Positions 13,501 through 34,290 of a DNA stretch of 64,000 nucleotides are shown piece by piece. Numbering within the stretch: the first letter of the stretch is position 1; every line of letters begins with the position of its first letter. Where the stretch lies: positions 682,001 to 746,000 of the forward strand of contig NOWV01000012.1 of the NCBI GenBank assembly GCA_003344405.1, written 5' to 3'. Below the pieces are notes generated by a model that made no database searches, was not told where the DNA came from, and saw nothing but the letters and a program-made list of their open reading frames with translations. This stretch comes from Trichoplax sp. H2 (Eukaryota). The position numbers were made by a program, and so were the translations under genes.

Positions 13501-16500
13501 TAATGTTCAAGAGGTAAATTATTGAAATTTTCTCGGTATTTTGTTGATCTATTTATGAAATGCAATAGCTAGTATAAAGTATAAATAATTTATTTTATTT
13601 TCTTTCTATGTAAAAAAGTCTGATCCTGGCCTAGATGAATATAGAAGAAATTTAGTTATAAAGGCAGCTCTAACACTTGATAAACTGCAGATGATTCGAA
13701 TTAATAAAATCGATAAATTTAATATTCAACTAATTTCCGTCGATATCGGAAGAATCGCCAGCCATTTCTACATTAAATATCAAACTATAGAGGTTATAAC
13801 CTGACTTAATCTGATTAAATACATATCGTTACCTAGGTAATATTGGCGATAACGTTTTATTATCAATGATTTTTAATGGTAACTATCTAGACATTTATGG
13901 AGTCGATTCAGCCTATAATGATCGATGGTGACTTATTGACAATGATGTCTCGTTCTCACGAGTTTCAACAGTTAAAGGTAATTTGTAACTTGCTTCTTTT
14001 CTATGTGTTAATATCAAAGCCAAATTTAGCCTTATTTCTATACCTAAACTTACATGCATATAATTCCAGTGTATAGAAAACGCACCTTTTACCATTATTT
14101 ACGATTACACATTAACTACACATACATAGAATTGCTTTGCATACTATTTTATAATTTTTTGTTTAGTTTCTTAAGTAATTGCTAATAATAAGTAACAAAT
14201 ACTGTAATATTGATCTAGAGTAAACAATCTGCTAACATGTACTTTATTAGTTATTTAATACCGCTGATTTAAAATCTATCGTAAAGGTTCGCGAAGATGA
14301 AATGGAAGAATTACATTGCTTGTTAGATGGTTGTCCAAAAGAAGTTAAACAAGGAATTGAGAACTCCGATGGCAAAGTGAACGTTTTATTGCAAAGTTTT
14401 ATATCACGAACATTTATCAATAGCTTCTCACTTACATCAGATTTTAATTATGTTGCCCAGGTATCTTTTTAAGTTATTGTCTTGACTATTTGCGCTGAAA
14501 TACAGTTACTTGGGTGACCATATCATCATGAATTAATTAAAAATATTTTAAAACGCACTATGTAGAATTCAACTCGTATTGCGCGTTCTTTGTTTGAAAT
14601 GGCTATGTGTAATGGCTGGCCTTCCTTAGCCGAACAACTATTAAATATTAGTAAAATGATAGAAAGACGAATTTGGTCGTACGAACATCCTCTACGCCAA
14701 ATTAATGCAATACCTGAAAATATCCTTAAAAAGATTGAAGAACGCAAAGCTAATGTTTTTCGCTTGAAAGATATGACTGCTTCAGAAATAGGTAGATATT
14801 CCCAATTTATTACACTTTTAGCGATTATAACTGATCATATTGATTTTATTTATTGTTGTATTGCGTTCCGTGATACACATTTTAGGGCATTTGATAAGAC
14901 ATCCTGCGATGGGTAGTAAAATTAAGGAATACGTAGATCAATTGCCATCGGTTTCTCTAACTGTTACTATCCAACCAGTCACTCATCAAATTCTTAAGAT
15001 AAGTTTATCTATAACGCCTGAATTTGAATGGAATGATCGCATTCATGGAAAAATTGGAGAACCTTGGTGGGTTTGGGTAGATTGTCCAAAACATAATCGC
15101 ATGTATCATTCGGAGTATTTCCTGTTACATAAGAAACAGGTAACTTAAGTATTTACAGATTAATCTTTGTTGCAGTGCATGTTGTATATTGAATACTAAT
15201 GGTGTAAAATTGATTTACTGACAAACGATATTGTAAATTTTCAATGTTTAGGTTTTACAGAAAGAGTCGCAAAAGATAGAATTTGCAATTCCATTAGCTC
15301 ATCCGTTACCAAATCAGTACTTTGTTCATGTGGTTTCTGATAGATGGCTGAATTGTGAAGCTACCAGTGCTATATCGTTTAAACATCTTATATTGCCGGA
15401 ACATTATCCACCGCATACGAAATTACTAGAATTGCAACCCTTACCAATTATGGCGTTAAACAATGAAGACTATATCAATTTATATAATTTTACTCATTTC
15501 AATCCAATACAGACTCAGGTCTGTTAATTATATATAATTGCTTGAAGGGTAATTCCAATTTTGTTGCATTGATTTTCATTCGTAATATTGCTACACATTT
15601 TAGGCGTTCCATACACTATATCACACTGATCACAACGTTCTACTCGGAGCTCCTACTGGTAGTGGAAAAACCGTCGCAGCAGAAATTGCGATATTTAGAG
15701 TTTTTAATAACTATCCTAAAACTAAGGTAAAAAAATTAGATATCTAGTTGTATGCAATGCACTTGTGAAGTAAATAGCTTCATCAATCTAACGTATATTA
15801 AAATGTATTTTTTTTGAATAAATGTACGTATAAAGCGTAAATGAATTTACAACAAGGATAATTAACTCTAATGTGTTGATTTAGGCTGTTTATATAGCGC
15901 CATTAAAAGCCTTGGTTCGAGAGCGTGTCGATGATTGGAAGATTAGGATTCAACAACGCTTGAAGAAAAAGTAACTTTTTATTATTATATGGTACTATTT
16001 GTATTTAAATCTATGATGACGATATATTTAGTAAATATTTAATTTTCGGCAGTGTAATAGAACTAACTGGCGATGTTACACCGGATTCTCGCGCTATATC
16101 GAAAGCAGATTTAATTATTACAACTCCTGAAAAATGGGATGGAATTAGTCGAAGTTGGCAAACACGAAGCTATGTTAAAGCTGTGTCTCTAATTGTCATT
16201 GATGAAATTCATCTTCTTGGAGACGATCGTGGACCAGTATTAGAAGTCATTGTGTCACGAGCAAATTATATCTCTGCACATACCGACATTAAAGTTAGAG
16301 TAGTTGGATTATCTACCGCTCTTGCAAATGCACGTGATCTTGCAGACTGGCTGAATATTGATGAAACTGGCTTCTTTAATTTCCATCCTGCAGTTAGACC
16401 AGTTCCATTAGAGGTACATATTAGTGGATTTCCTGGTAAACATTATTGCCCTAGGATGGCATCAATGAATAAGCCTGCTTACACAGCTATTAAGACATAT

Positions 16501-18652
16501 TCTCGTGATAAACCTGTTTTAGTATTTGTATCATCAAGAAGGCAAACACGCCTAACGGCGAATGATTTAGTTTCATTTTGTATTAATGATGAATTAAATA
16601 AGTCCTGGTTACATATTGCAGACGATGAGTTACGAAATTATTTAGAACTTGTCAGAGATTCTAACTTACGTCACTCGCTAGAATTTGGCATAGGTTTGCA
16701 TCACGCCGGTTTACACGAGGGTGATAGAAAAGTTGTCGAAGAATTATTTGTTCAACAAAAAATTCAAATTTTGATTGCTACAAGCACATTAGCATGGGGC
16801 GTTAATTTTCCTGCCCATTTGGTAATTGTTAAAGGTACAGAATATTATGATGGTAAGACTAAGCGTTATGTTGATTTCCCGGTAACTGATATATTACAAA
16901 TGATGGGCAGAGCTGGTCGACCACAATTCGATGATAGTGGTACTGCAGTTATACTTGTACACGATGTGAAAAAGAATTTTTATCTAAAATTTTTGTATGA
17001 ACCATTTCCCGTGGAATCCAGCTTGTTACAAGTTTTACCTCAACATTTAAACGCTGAGATAGTTTCAGGCACAATCACTTCAAAACAAGATGCAATGGAC
17101 TATATCACGTACACTTACTTTTTTCGTAGGCTGGTGGTTAATCCTAACTATTATCAATTAAATGATACTGACGTTAACGCCGTCAATAAGTATCTATCTA
17201 ATATTATTGAAGACGCTTTAACAGAATTATCGAATTCGTATTGTATCGAAATTGGCGATGATCGTTCTGTTGTTCCGCTTACATTAGGTTGTATTGCTTC
17301 ATACTACTATTTACATCATTCAACTTTATATTCGTTTAGTACCAATCTAGGCAGTAGTACGACATTAGAAGATTTATTATTATTGATAACCAATGCTACA
17401 GAATATGAAGAATTACCGGTAAGGCATAATGAAGATATGCTTAATATGGAACTGGCAAAGAAAGTACCAATTGAAGTCGATTCAAATAGTTATGATTCAC
17501 CGCATGTCAAAACACACTTGTTACTGCAAGCTCATTTTTCACGACAAGAATTACCAGTAGTCGATTACAGAACGGATACAAAGTCCGTTTTAGATCAAGC
17601 TGTTCGTATTATACAAGTAAGGGCAATATTTTATGATTGTTTAACAATAATATAACATTTTTTTTTATACTTTAGGCGTTGATTGATGTCGCAGCAGATG
17701 GTGGTTGGCTTGTTATTGTGTTAAATGTGATTAATCTGTTGCAAATGGTAATACAGGGAAGATGGAGAAGAGATTCACCATTGCTGACATTACCAAATAT
17801 CGATATGTCTGTTTTGCAAGTTCTAAAAGCTAATCGAAGTAAACAACGTGTACCAATTTTACCAGAATTAATTGAGTTTTATGGGAATGACAGGAAAGCA
17901 TTCGATAACATCTTTACCCCGGTTTTAAATCAACGCCAAACTGATGAAGTAAAATAAAATATATAAATTTTTTATTGTAATATTTATAGATATTCCCCCT
18001 TGATACGTAAGCATTGATCAATTCTTTATATATACGTTTTACTTAGCTCTTTTCTACGATCCAGCAGCTACCGCGTATAAATGTTGGTATTACTATTAAA
18101 GGTAGCTTTTTACCAAGTTATGAGGATGATTCCAATGAAAGTAGAATAGTTAAAGATGGTCATGATAGGAATTACTCATCTCAAACGGTTGATTGGATAT
18201 CCGTCTGTAGTGACAGAGAATATACGTTGCAAATTAATTTGCATCGATTGATGTTTAAACGACAGGTTGGTTGCACTGCTAGGGTTAGCAAAATTTTAAC
18301 TTTGTATCTTAGCTTGATAAAATATATATTTCTTAAGCGTGTATCTAATCAGCAAAGGTAAATGGCTCTATTCCTTTTCTAGCGCGATCGAGATATAGGA
18401 AAAGCGTATGCACCTCGATTTCCTAAAGCTAAAGATGAAGGATGGTTGCTGATATTAGGCGATACTGAAAAGAGAGAGTTATTAGCTTTAAAACGTGTAT
18501 CTTATGTATCAAGGAAATTGACTACAATGATATCATTTTGTACACCGGAATTCGAAGGCCGTTATATCTATACGTTATATCTTTTAAGTGATAGTTATTT
18601 AGGTTTGGATCAACAGTTCGACATTAAATTAGATGTGCAATCATCCGAATAA
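7586..18652 (+). CDS. ASCC3: Activating signal cointegrator 1 complex subunit 3, tandem Ski2/Brr2-like helicase with Sec63 domains (multi-exon)
   Basis: N-terminus [17 protein letters not shown] (exon 7586-7786) resembles the ASCC3 start rather than Brr2. Two helicase cassettes: [28 protein letters not shown] and [34 protein letters not shown]. Sec63-type C-terminus [11 protein letters not shown], stop TAA 18650-18652. Confidence 0.96.
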
Positions 18653-20149
18653 AAACTGTTTGTATTTTCGAGTAAAAGCGAAATACTTGCGAATCTGAAG
18701 TATGTGCGAGCAAAAATAATGATATAAAATTATTATGTTCAAAAATCAAACCAAATGAAAAAATTTTTAAATTTAATGTGAAACTGTTCGTATAACTGAT
18801 CGGTTCAAAATCGATAGATTATGGCAGTTATACGCGTTTGCTTACATGATTTGTAATGAAATTTGATGCTTGAAATGTTCATTTGAGTATTTTATTTTCG
18901 AAAGTATATAGTTTTACTGATTTACTTGAATGGTTCCATAATAAAATTTGTCGACGATATTATAAGTAAGTTTTCAGCAATATAAGTTGATAACGTATTA
19001 TCATATCATCTAATCTGAAATGCTGTATTAATTGTTGCTATGACTATGATATATAATTTATACAATTATTTGGAATAAAAAAGTAATTCTAATGACATTA
19101 TAACTTGTTTTTCTTATTTATTTTTAATTTTTCTATTCATGATTACTCATTCAGTCAGTACAGAGATTACAAACGTAGGGCAATTATTTCTGCTGTCTTG
19201 GATTGTAATTCAACTTGCAGTCCAACATACTATATCTACCGATACCTTCGCCCAGCTGAGGTTTTACATCGGAAGATATACGGTACATTTACATACCAAC
19301 CCTTAGTACATATTCTACTTGAACTACTAAAAAAGGCCTATTTTAGTCTTTTAGTAGGTCATGATCATACGTACAACGAAGTGTTCTACGTCATATAGTG
19401 CTCACTGTCTATTAATGAATTATTAGTAAAACGCATATTTATTGTAATTAATTAATTGCCTGAAATCATCCTACTGTAATAGAACTTTATGCGATCTGGA
19501 GATTTTTCCACTCTTATTTAAAAAAAAGATCAGTATGGCACTGGTACAGAATTCTGCAACTGCGGAAGTACTATTAATTTTGTTGGTGATGATACGCTGG
19601 ACTTTATTTGTTTTCGTACGAGCAATATTGATGGAAGTATGTTTATGTACGAAAACATGGATAGATCAATTCATATGCAGCAATGATCAAAGCCGTGCTA
19701 TTATTTTTGGACTAATCGAATAGCTAGATACCGGTATTACCGGTATAACACCAGGTTATTAATGCTATTCAAGCTGTTTCAATGTTTACTTGTAGACTAC
19801 TTTTATGTAAATTTGTATAATGATCATTAGAAGGTATTTAGTTAAGTGTCTTGACAAGCATTAATAGGCGATTATACTGTCCATGTTGTATAGTGTCATC
19901 GTTAATGGAATATGGCCCAAGGGATAACGTACGATAAAAAGATGTGTTCGATATTGCAATGATCTGTAGATATCCAATTAACTTTTTGTATTGCCACACC
20001 AATGTTATAGTAGAAGTAATTACGATAATTATGCTGCATATTGTTAGCAGTTGCAAGTTATAGTATCTCCTAGTACAGTATAAATAACCATACGTACTTG
20101 CTTGTGTCAATGAAGGCGTATAATATGTATCCCTTTCTGTTTACATACG

Positions 20150-20545
20150 GTTACGGCTATTGATTAATATTCATATCAACCAGTTTATCTTGTCAATGCA
20201 GCCTGGTAATGTTTGTACTAACGATTTCCATTCTCGGTGTCTGTATGGATAAGTATGGGTTATTGCCGATATCCATCTGTTAATGGCTAGTGATTGATTT
20301 TAGTATCAATCAGTTTATCTTGCTAATGCAGCCTAGTAGTTTGTGTTGTAGATTCCCATTCTAAGTGTCTATATGGACAAGTATGGGTTATTGCAGATAT
20401 CCATCTATTAACGGCTACTGATTAATTACAGTTTCGACCAGTTTATCTTGCCAATACAGTCTAGTAGTGTTTGTCCTGTTGATTTCCATTCTAGATATCT
20501 GTATGGATAAGTATGGGCTATTGCAGATATCCATCTGTTAATAGC
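20150..20545. repeat. Diverged tandem repeat, about 129 bp x3
   Basis: CAGTTTATCTTG anchors at 20181, 20311 and 20439, each followed by TATGGA(T/C)AAGTATGGG..GATATCCATCT. Confidence 0.9.
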
Positions 20546-21572
20546 ATCTACTTTTCTCAGCTGATTACAGCAAATATTGGACCATATATATATATACATA
20601 TTATACAGTAGCGTTAATAAGTAAGCTGATATAACTTGTAGGTTTAATTTTAGCTGCACAATACAAATTGTTGAATCATTCCTGATATTAGTCGTTTTAT
20701 ATTGTGAGTAAAATATTGTATTGCATTATAAAATTGAACACCCAATATATATATGTTCTCATCGAATGCCTAGCATACCGTTATAAAAGTATATTGTAGC
20801 TTATAGTATTCTTTTTACCAATGCAAGTAGCAGCAATATGAGTAGAAAGTTGCTGTTATTTCTATTGATTATATTATATTACTGTATACTGTATTATCAC
20901 CTGTATTTCATGATTTAAAAGTAGAAAACAAGCCAAATTATATGTTACATATGCATGAAGGCAACCGTTGAGAGTGCAAATTGGCAATAACAGCTTTAAC
21001 ATTAATTATTTCCAAGATATAGCATGCAATATTGCAGCAGTATCCTCTCTTGCATATATATAGCTTGGCCATCATGATGGATTGCCAGCTATTCATGGTG
21101 CAAAGTATTGCTAGTCTATCAAGCTCTTTTGACATTGTAGTTTCCATCTTGACAAGATCAGCTAATTTAGCATGTGCTATACAGTCTTGTAGGTCTACCT
21201 AGCATATTTTGATGGACTTTAGTCTACTTTGCAGTGGAGAATAATTCTACTATCGATTTTGAACTGGTTTGAGATGGTTTTCGTTAGCAACGCCACTTTA
21301 ACTTGCTACTTCGATACGCCGTTACTGCCCATCAAATACAGGTATTGACTGGATATGTAACGAGTCCATGAGTATAGATACCTTTTGCAAATGACTCCAT
21401 GACATCCTTATATCATCCTCCGTTCAATAGGCTACAGTATAGTTTTACCATCAGCCACACCTATGCTCAAGCCAAGCCTTAGATACTGATCCGATGCGTT
21501 AGTCTGTTGACCATTTTAACTCCATCTCCAAACTACCGCTCTCCTATTGCTGGTAGCAGAAAAAGAAAAACC

Positions 21573-24500
21573 ATGAGCGCCATCTTAAGATCAAGAATAT
21601 TTCCATCGTGGGCGAAAGTCCTTCATGTATCTCGTCCTACCCATCGCTACAGAGAATTAGGGCAAGGATGGCAATTACTATGCAAACAGGGCTATGCCGT
21701 TCAGGTTAGTAATAACATAGACAAGAAATGTTTGGATGTAACTTGGGAAGATGGAGTAACAACAAATTATCCTCATATTTATTTACGCGATCATTGCCGT
21801 TGTCCATCTTGCTATGATCCACAAACCAAATCGCGTGCTCTCTTTAATTGTGTCTACAATTCGTATATCGATTGTATTGCACAAGATGCAAATGTATCAG
21901 AAAATGAGAAAATCATCCAAGTCGATTGGAAAGATGATAATGAGCATCCTGTTAGTCGTTTCCCGCTCGATTGGTTAAGAGCTCATCGCTTCTCCAATGA
22001 TAACGAACTTAAAACGATGAACCAAGTCTACATTCAAGATCGGCATACATGGGGTAAAGAAATGAAAGACAACATACCTATTTTCGATTATCAAGAGTTA
22101 CATGAAAATGATCAAACATTATATCGTTGGCTGAAACATTTAACTACCATTGGATTAACCATTGTCAGGAATACTCCACAAGAAGTGGGTCAAGTTACTA
22201 AATTGATTGCAAGAGTGGGTTATAATCGTACAACAAATTATGGGTACGTTCAGTAATTGAATAGAAAACATAGTTATCTTTACACAAAGTAACGCTAATT
22301 TACACTAGTTTACCAATGGTATACTGATGTATATATGGGTTAGTAGGAGATTGAGAATTCAAATATCCTTTACTACATTAGGCTATCATTATGTTTATTC
22401 TCATTATACGAGTAAAGTATATCATTCGTTACCATCGATCAACTTTATTGTGGGTAACTTCAGCTGTTGATTCAAGCAGTTTTGATCAGGATCTTGATTA
22501 CTAGTAGAAAGACTATAATTATTGATATTAATTTTTGCCAATTCAATATTGTACCTATCGGAGGGCTGGTAAAGGATTCTGAAGCAGATATCCTTCTTTA
22601 CCATAGGTTAACCGTTAATTCACGTTCTCATCATAATCGATCGGCACTTTTGTGGATTTTATTCGGTTATTTATTTCAACCGATTCCATCCACATACGCG
22701 TATTTCACTTGTAAAAACGTTATTCATACTAACATAGTTTAGTAAATATGAAATATTCAGATTAGGGTGATAGTAGGTCTCGCTACAGATATCCTCTTTA
22801 CATTAAGCTGTTACTCGCATAAATTGTGAGTAAATTCAGCTACTTGTTCCAGCATATTCGATCAACATCTCTCAATTGTGTAAGGATTACTATTAACCTT
22901 ACACTAACTTAGTTACTAGTACGCGTATGCTTCAGTTTGTTCAGTCATGGAATCTAAAGTATTTACAAATAGAGTTCAACTTTATACATACGATATCCCG
23001 ATAGAAATGGATAGATTACAAAGTTGAAATGAATGATTTCTATACATTTTATGCGTTCAATATGATGCAAAGTACTGCTTAGTAAATATCACCCAATTCG
23101 TATTATAAAGTTTATCGTTATAAAGTGAATGATAAATTGTAGCTTCCTCATGTTGTTCAAAAGCAAGGTTACAACATTAAGTTATGTCAAAAGAATAATG
23201 AAATAGTACTGTAGCTATCATTTCGACTTCGATAATATACACTATGCATATGGTTTAATGACAGGGCCTAAGCAGTTATATTAAATAGCTAGTTATTTTT
23301 AATGATTTTATCAATACTTGGATCAATACTTTCCTCATTTATATCTTATATAGTAGCATGAAATTAGCATTGAAACTGAAAAATTATTTCAAAAACTTTA
23401 TACATACAACCTTTATTTGAGATCGTAATGTTTGGCTTCATTAATATTGAAAATATGTCATTAAGATCGGCATCGACGTTAACTCATAGCATGGACTTCT
23501 GGAATCCCAGGGGATCTAGAGGTTCATAACTTAGAGCACTTGACGACGCAATAAAACTCTCCGTATTTAAAAATCGTTCGATCTAGTATTTTCCATTTAA
23601 CAGTTATTATATACGTAAATTGATTTGAGTTGATACTAATCCTCAACATTTATATTCGTGACGATCAGGCCAACTTTTCAAGTCAAGAGTAAAACAGATG
23701 CTAGCAATTTAGCCTACACTACTGGCGGCTTAGGAATGCATACCGATTTGACTTACTTTAACTATATCCCTGGCGTAAGTAAATTGAATTAAGTCTATCA
23801 AACTATATGATATCATATGCAACTGCCTTAGATTGTAGAACTGTTGTCAAGAATATAAGGAAACTTTATATTTTATGTCATTGCGATAAATCAGCTAAAA
23901 GATTACGATAGTTTCGTGTTATTGACGATATGATTCTATATATAGATTCAATTTTTGCATTGTATTAAACGTGCCGGTGAAGGAGGTGAAAATCAACTTG
24001 TTGATGGCTTTAAAGTTGCTGAGGAACTTCGAGATAATGAACCTGAAGCTTTTAAAATGCTTTCTAAATACCCAATTCAGTATTTTGATATTGGTAAAGA
24101 CTTTGTCGATTTTCATCAACTCGCTCAACATACGATTATTCAGTAAGTTTGCCGTAATTACCTACAGTCATTAGCCAAAGCTATTCTTGATTTTAGGAGA
24201 AACTCGTGATATTAATAGATTAGTGAATGACGATCATTGATTACATATAACATGAGTTGATATCGATAGAAAAAGAATAATAAATGCCGGTTTGCAGTTA
24301 TCAACTATTATTTTAATCGTACTGTATATTTCTACTTTTATTTTCAGATTACATTCAAATGGTTCTATAGCTCGAATCTGTTATTCAGATCATGCAAGAA
24401 GTCCTAATTTAGCTGTACCACAAGATAAAGTTATGCCATTTTACGATGCCATGGGTACTTTCTTGAAGTATGTATACGATCCAAAGTATATGGTTAATGT

Positions 24501-24690
24501 TACTTTGGATTCCGGCGATATAGCAGTATTCGATAACTATAGGGTCATGCATGGAAGGTCCCCATTTTCTCTCGCTCCAAATAGTCTACGGCATTTAGAA
24601 GGTGGCTATGTCGACTGGGATGAGGCTGCATCACGTTTGCGCGTGCTAGAAGAGAAATATAATATGGATCATTTCACTGGAATTGCTTAA
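21573..24690 (+). CDS. BBOX1: Gamma-butyrobetaine dioxygenase-like 2-oxoglutarate/Fe(II) oxygenase (carnitine synthesis family)
   Basis: Exons 21573-22243, 23669-23774, 23946-24142 and 24348-24690 join in frame. Zn-binding RDHCRCPSC, NLAYT..LGMHTD (HxD facial triad), GGENQLVDGF, FDNYRVMHGR, RHLEGGYVDWD. Family is certain; exact orthology (BBOX1 versus a paralogue) is less so. Confidence 0.85.
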
Positions 24691-26054
24691 ATCAATTACG
24701 AAAAATGGCGGATTTTATGAAATGGATCATTCTTTGATACTGACTAATACATAATAATTTGTTTACTGCTACTTTGTACCTGCAAATATTTCATAAAGTA
24801 TTTTATGTTCTTATGCAAGAGTTTAGGGCGTAATATATTTTACTGTACTTCCATAGACTTTGTCGCTACTGGTACTAATTGCTACGCAATGTAGGATAGA
24901 TAGATTTTAATGCACTTCGGTAATACGAGATATTTTATCCGAAAGTCAATTTAAAAATGAATTATTTGTGCGAGGTATCATTCAACGCGTATTTTATAAG
25001 TTTTGCAGTAATATTTAGATTTGATGAAGCGATAGTTACTATTGCATGTATAAAATAGTGTAAACTGGTTATAAAAATGTTAAAATATTATTTATACATG
25101 ACTACTAGATGTACTGTAATTTAGTAGTCCATGATTTATGGTTATCAATGCTGCATAATTAGTTTAGGCTACCTAGATTTTTCTCCTATTACGCCTGGCT
25201 TGGCATGATAATGACGTTAGATCTACTCCCATTTTAGGTATAATTAATTCCGTAATATCTGTAGTCATTCAATCGCACGTATTGCTTAATAACTCTTATT
25301 GTGTTATTTTAATCTAATAAATGATCAATTGATAAAATTGGCAAACTTTTGCTTGAAATGACCCTTAACACGTAGGTCACTCTGATTTACTAGAATAATA
25401 TGGAAATTCACTATGCATGGATATACAACGATACGATGACTTGGTCAATGAATGAATAGACTTATGCAATAGTAAATGAACTTATAACACACAGTACAGC
25501 AAATAACCGACCGAAACCAAATTAATGCTAAGATATTTGCCATGTATTAAAATCTACTGGTTCAGTCAACACGCACAGAGATATCGCACCAACAGTTTTA
25601 ACTTCAAAACTGTTCGTCAACAACATATCTTACTTTCTTACTTTAATAGGGTGAAACTGATGTAGAAATGAAATAATTACACAAATTTACATTTATTTTA
25701 TTTCTTGGCTAGTATATATTGACATGCAATTAAAATGCATCATGGCGTTATTTGGTCAATTTTTAACTCTTAATCAAAGTTTATACAATTGCGCTACGTA
25801 ATAGAATTTGCTGTATCGCTTCTTTTTATTACCATGATAATAGTGCAGTAATATATATATGGTTTGGATCTCCGTAATTCAGGACTGTACTGAGAAAATA
25901 TCAAATCTGGTATATCTTTCAAGCACAAATAATAACAATAATGTTGCTATCTAGATAGTATGCTCATTAAAAATAAGATTCGATATTACAATAATATTAA
26001 TAATAGTAATTCTTGAAGTCATCATAAATCGCATTTTCCAAAAATATAATTTCA

Positions 26055-31655
<5,601 letters not shown>

Positions 31656-31669
31656 AGCGAAATAGAAAG

Positions 31670-31830
31670 TTTTGACGTCGTCTTACTGGTGGTGGCAGAC
31701 TTGGGGTTACTTGGAATAGTACCAAGATGACCGGGGTTTAAGATCTAATTATTTTACTGTGGCCAATGAAGAGAACCAGATAATTTCGTGGTAGTGAATT
31801 TTTTCAAGAGTATTGACGTCAAGCTGTTAG
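31670..31830 (-). promoter_or_regulatory. Probable SMARCAD1 proximal promoter with CRE-like sites
   Basis: TTGACGTCAA palindrome at about 31813 and TGACGTC at about 31673, just upstream of the ATG at 31655. Confidence 0.4.
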
Positions 31831-32099
31831 GAGTCTACGCCAGTGTTTGTAAACGTATAAGAAAAATTAAGGCCAGGTGAATAATTCATTTTAGGTAAAT
31901 GAATAATCTACGGTACTAACTTTAACTGAATTGATAAATATTTTTCTTGTAAATAAAATAAATATAAGAATGAGAGAATTTAGCAACTTTAGCTCCTTCT
32001 AGGTGTAGTGTGAATTCGTTCTCGATACCAAATGAACTGCTTTTATAGTAGAATATTAAAAAAATGGATTTAAAATTAAATATTGCTATGAACGAGTGA

Positions 32100-32830
32100 A
32101 AATGATGACTGTGATTGGCTGTAAACTTTGACTCACTTTTTCACACGTTATTTTTGTAAAGTCATACGATATTGCTTGTAATTTATCGAGCTATTAGGCA
32201 TGGATACGATTATTCTCCAGTAACTAAAAATTGATACAATTTGTTTAAAATTGAATATCACGGAGGACAAGTAAAATTTAAGAGTGTGATTGGCTGCAAA
32301 GCTGTGACTTATTATTATTTTTGTAAGTTCTACATGCCAACTCTGTACTGGTCATACTTTAGTCTGTCGTCTACCAAGCTATTAAAGCATAGATTCCATT
32401 TTTTCAAGTAACTAAAAACTTACACAATTTTTAACGACTACTAGCTGCTTCATGACCTTTGTTGTAGTAGTAGTAGTAGAATAATTTGTATAGAGGAATA
32501 TTAGAGGTATCTCAAATTAAATATTCTCGTTTACAAGAGAAATTTAAGGGTGTGAGGTGCGAGTCATTTTCTATGCAAGTTCTACTTGCAAAGTCAGCGA
32601 CAGTCTCTGTACTTCTCATGCTCTAGTCTGCAGTCTACCAACTAAAATTGTACACAATTTTAAACGACTTAAAGAGTGTGCTTGAATACAAAGGTGTGAG
32701 TCATTTTCTATGCAAGTTCTACTTGCAAAGTCAGCGACAATCTCTGTGCTTCTCATACTCTGGTCTGCAGTCTACCAACTAAAATTGTGCACAATTTTTA
32801 ACGACTACTAGCTGCTCCATGACCTTTGTT

Positions 32831-32867
<37 letters not shown>

Positions 32868-33320
32868 AATAATTTGTATAGAGGAATATTAGAGGTATCT
32901 CAAATTAAATATTTTCGTTTACAAATGAAATTTAAGAGTGTGAGGTGTGAGTCATTTTCTATGCAAGTTCTACTTGCAAAGTCAGCGATAATTTCTGTGC
33001 TTCTCATACTCTGGTCTGCAGTCTACCAACTAAAATTGTGCATAATTTTGAACGACTACTGGCTACTCCATTGCCTTTACAGTAGAACAATTTGTATAGG
33101 AAAATATTCAAAAAATTTCTTTGAAATCAATAGTAACTATCGTCGTAGATAAAGTGAAATTTAAAGAGTGTGCGCTGAGGCTTATTTCCTTACAAGTTCA
33201 ACTTGCAAAGTTGTGCAATATGACTTGTAATATACCGAGCTATTAGTCATAGATTTCATTTTTCCTCTAGCAACTAAAAGTTTACGCAATTTGAACAAAC
33301 ACTAGTAGTTCCATTGCCTT
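32100..33320. repeat. Compound tandem repeat array containing (TAG)n microsatellites
   Basis: GAGTCATTTTCTATGCAAGTTCTACTTGCAAAGTCAGCGA occurs three times, with more diverged copies on both sides. (TAG)5 at 32465-32479 and (TAG)12 at 32832-32867 sit in homologous positions. Confidence 0.9.
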
Positions 33321-33360
33321 CATAGCAGAATTATTGGTACAAGAGAATAATAGAAACATT

Positions 33361-34285
33361 CTTTGAAATGAAATATTTCCCTAAAGGTGGCAAGACTTGG
33401 ACTGAAAACAAGTTGAAAATAATTTTGCTCTTAACAGTAATTAGCAAAGCCATTGCATGTTATCGATAGTCTACTGAGTATACTTTTCGTTAAAGATTGA
33501 ACTTTCTTTGAAGAATTCAAAGTCAAGGCAATTCCTTAAGAGTACTAATGTATTTTTTTAGACTAGAATGGCTATCACTTTCGCAATATTTCCCTAAAGG
33601 TGGCAAGACTTTGACTGAAAGCAAGTTAAAAATAATTTCCCTTTTGACAGTAAATTAGCAAAGCCACTGCATGTTATCGATCGCCTACTGAGTATACTAC
33701 TCGTTGTAGATTGAATTTTCTTTGAAGAATTCAAAGTCAAGGCAATTTTTTAAGAGTACTACTGTATTTTTTTAGACTAGAATGGCTATCATTTTTTCTG
33801 AAATGAGATTTTTCCCTAAAGATGCTTGGCACTTTGACTGAAAGCACGTTGAAAATAATTTCGCTCTTGACAGTAAATTAGCAAAGCCATTGCATGCTAT
33901 CGATAGTCTACTGAGTATACCATTGGTTGTAGATTGAATTTTCTTTGAAGAATTCAAAGGCAAGACAATTTTTGAAGAGTACTAATAGATTTTTAGACTG
34001 GAAAGGCTATCATTTTCTTTGAAATGAAATATTTTCCTATAGTCTACTGAGTATACTATTGGTTGTAGATTGAATTTTCTTGAAGAATTCGAAGCCAAGA
34101 CAATTTTTGAAGAGTATTAATAGATTTTTAGACTAGAAATGGCTATCATTTTCTTTGAAATGAAATATTTCCCTAAAGTCTACTGAGTATACTATTGGTT
34201 GTAGATTGAATTTTCTTTGAAGAATTCAAAGCCAAGACAATTTTTGAAGAGTATTAATGCATTTTTAGACTAGAAATGGCCATCA
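33361..34285. repeat. Tandem repeat, five units (three of about 215 bp, two internally deleted)
   Basis: Recurring CTACTGAGTATAC..AGATTGAA.TTTCTTTGAAGAATTC..TTTTAGACT.GAA.(A)TGGC.ATCA. Confidence 0.9.
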
Positions 34286-34290
34286 CTTAC

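Noticed and set aside
7586-18652. Alternative identity as SNRNP200/Brr2
   Set aside because: The N-terminus and the intact second helicase cassette ([15 protein letters not shown]) fit ASCC3.
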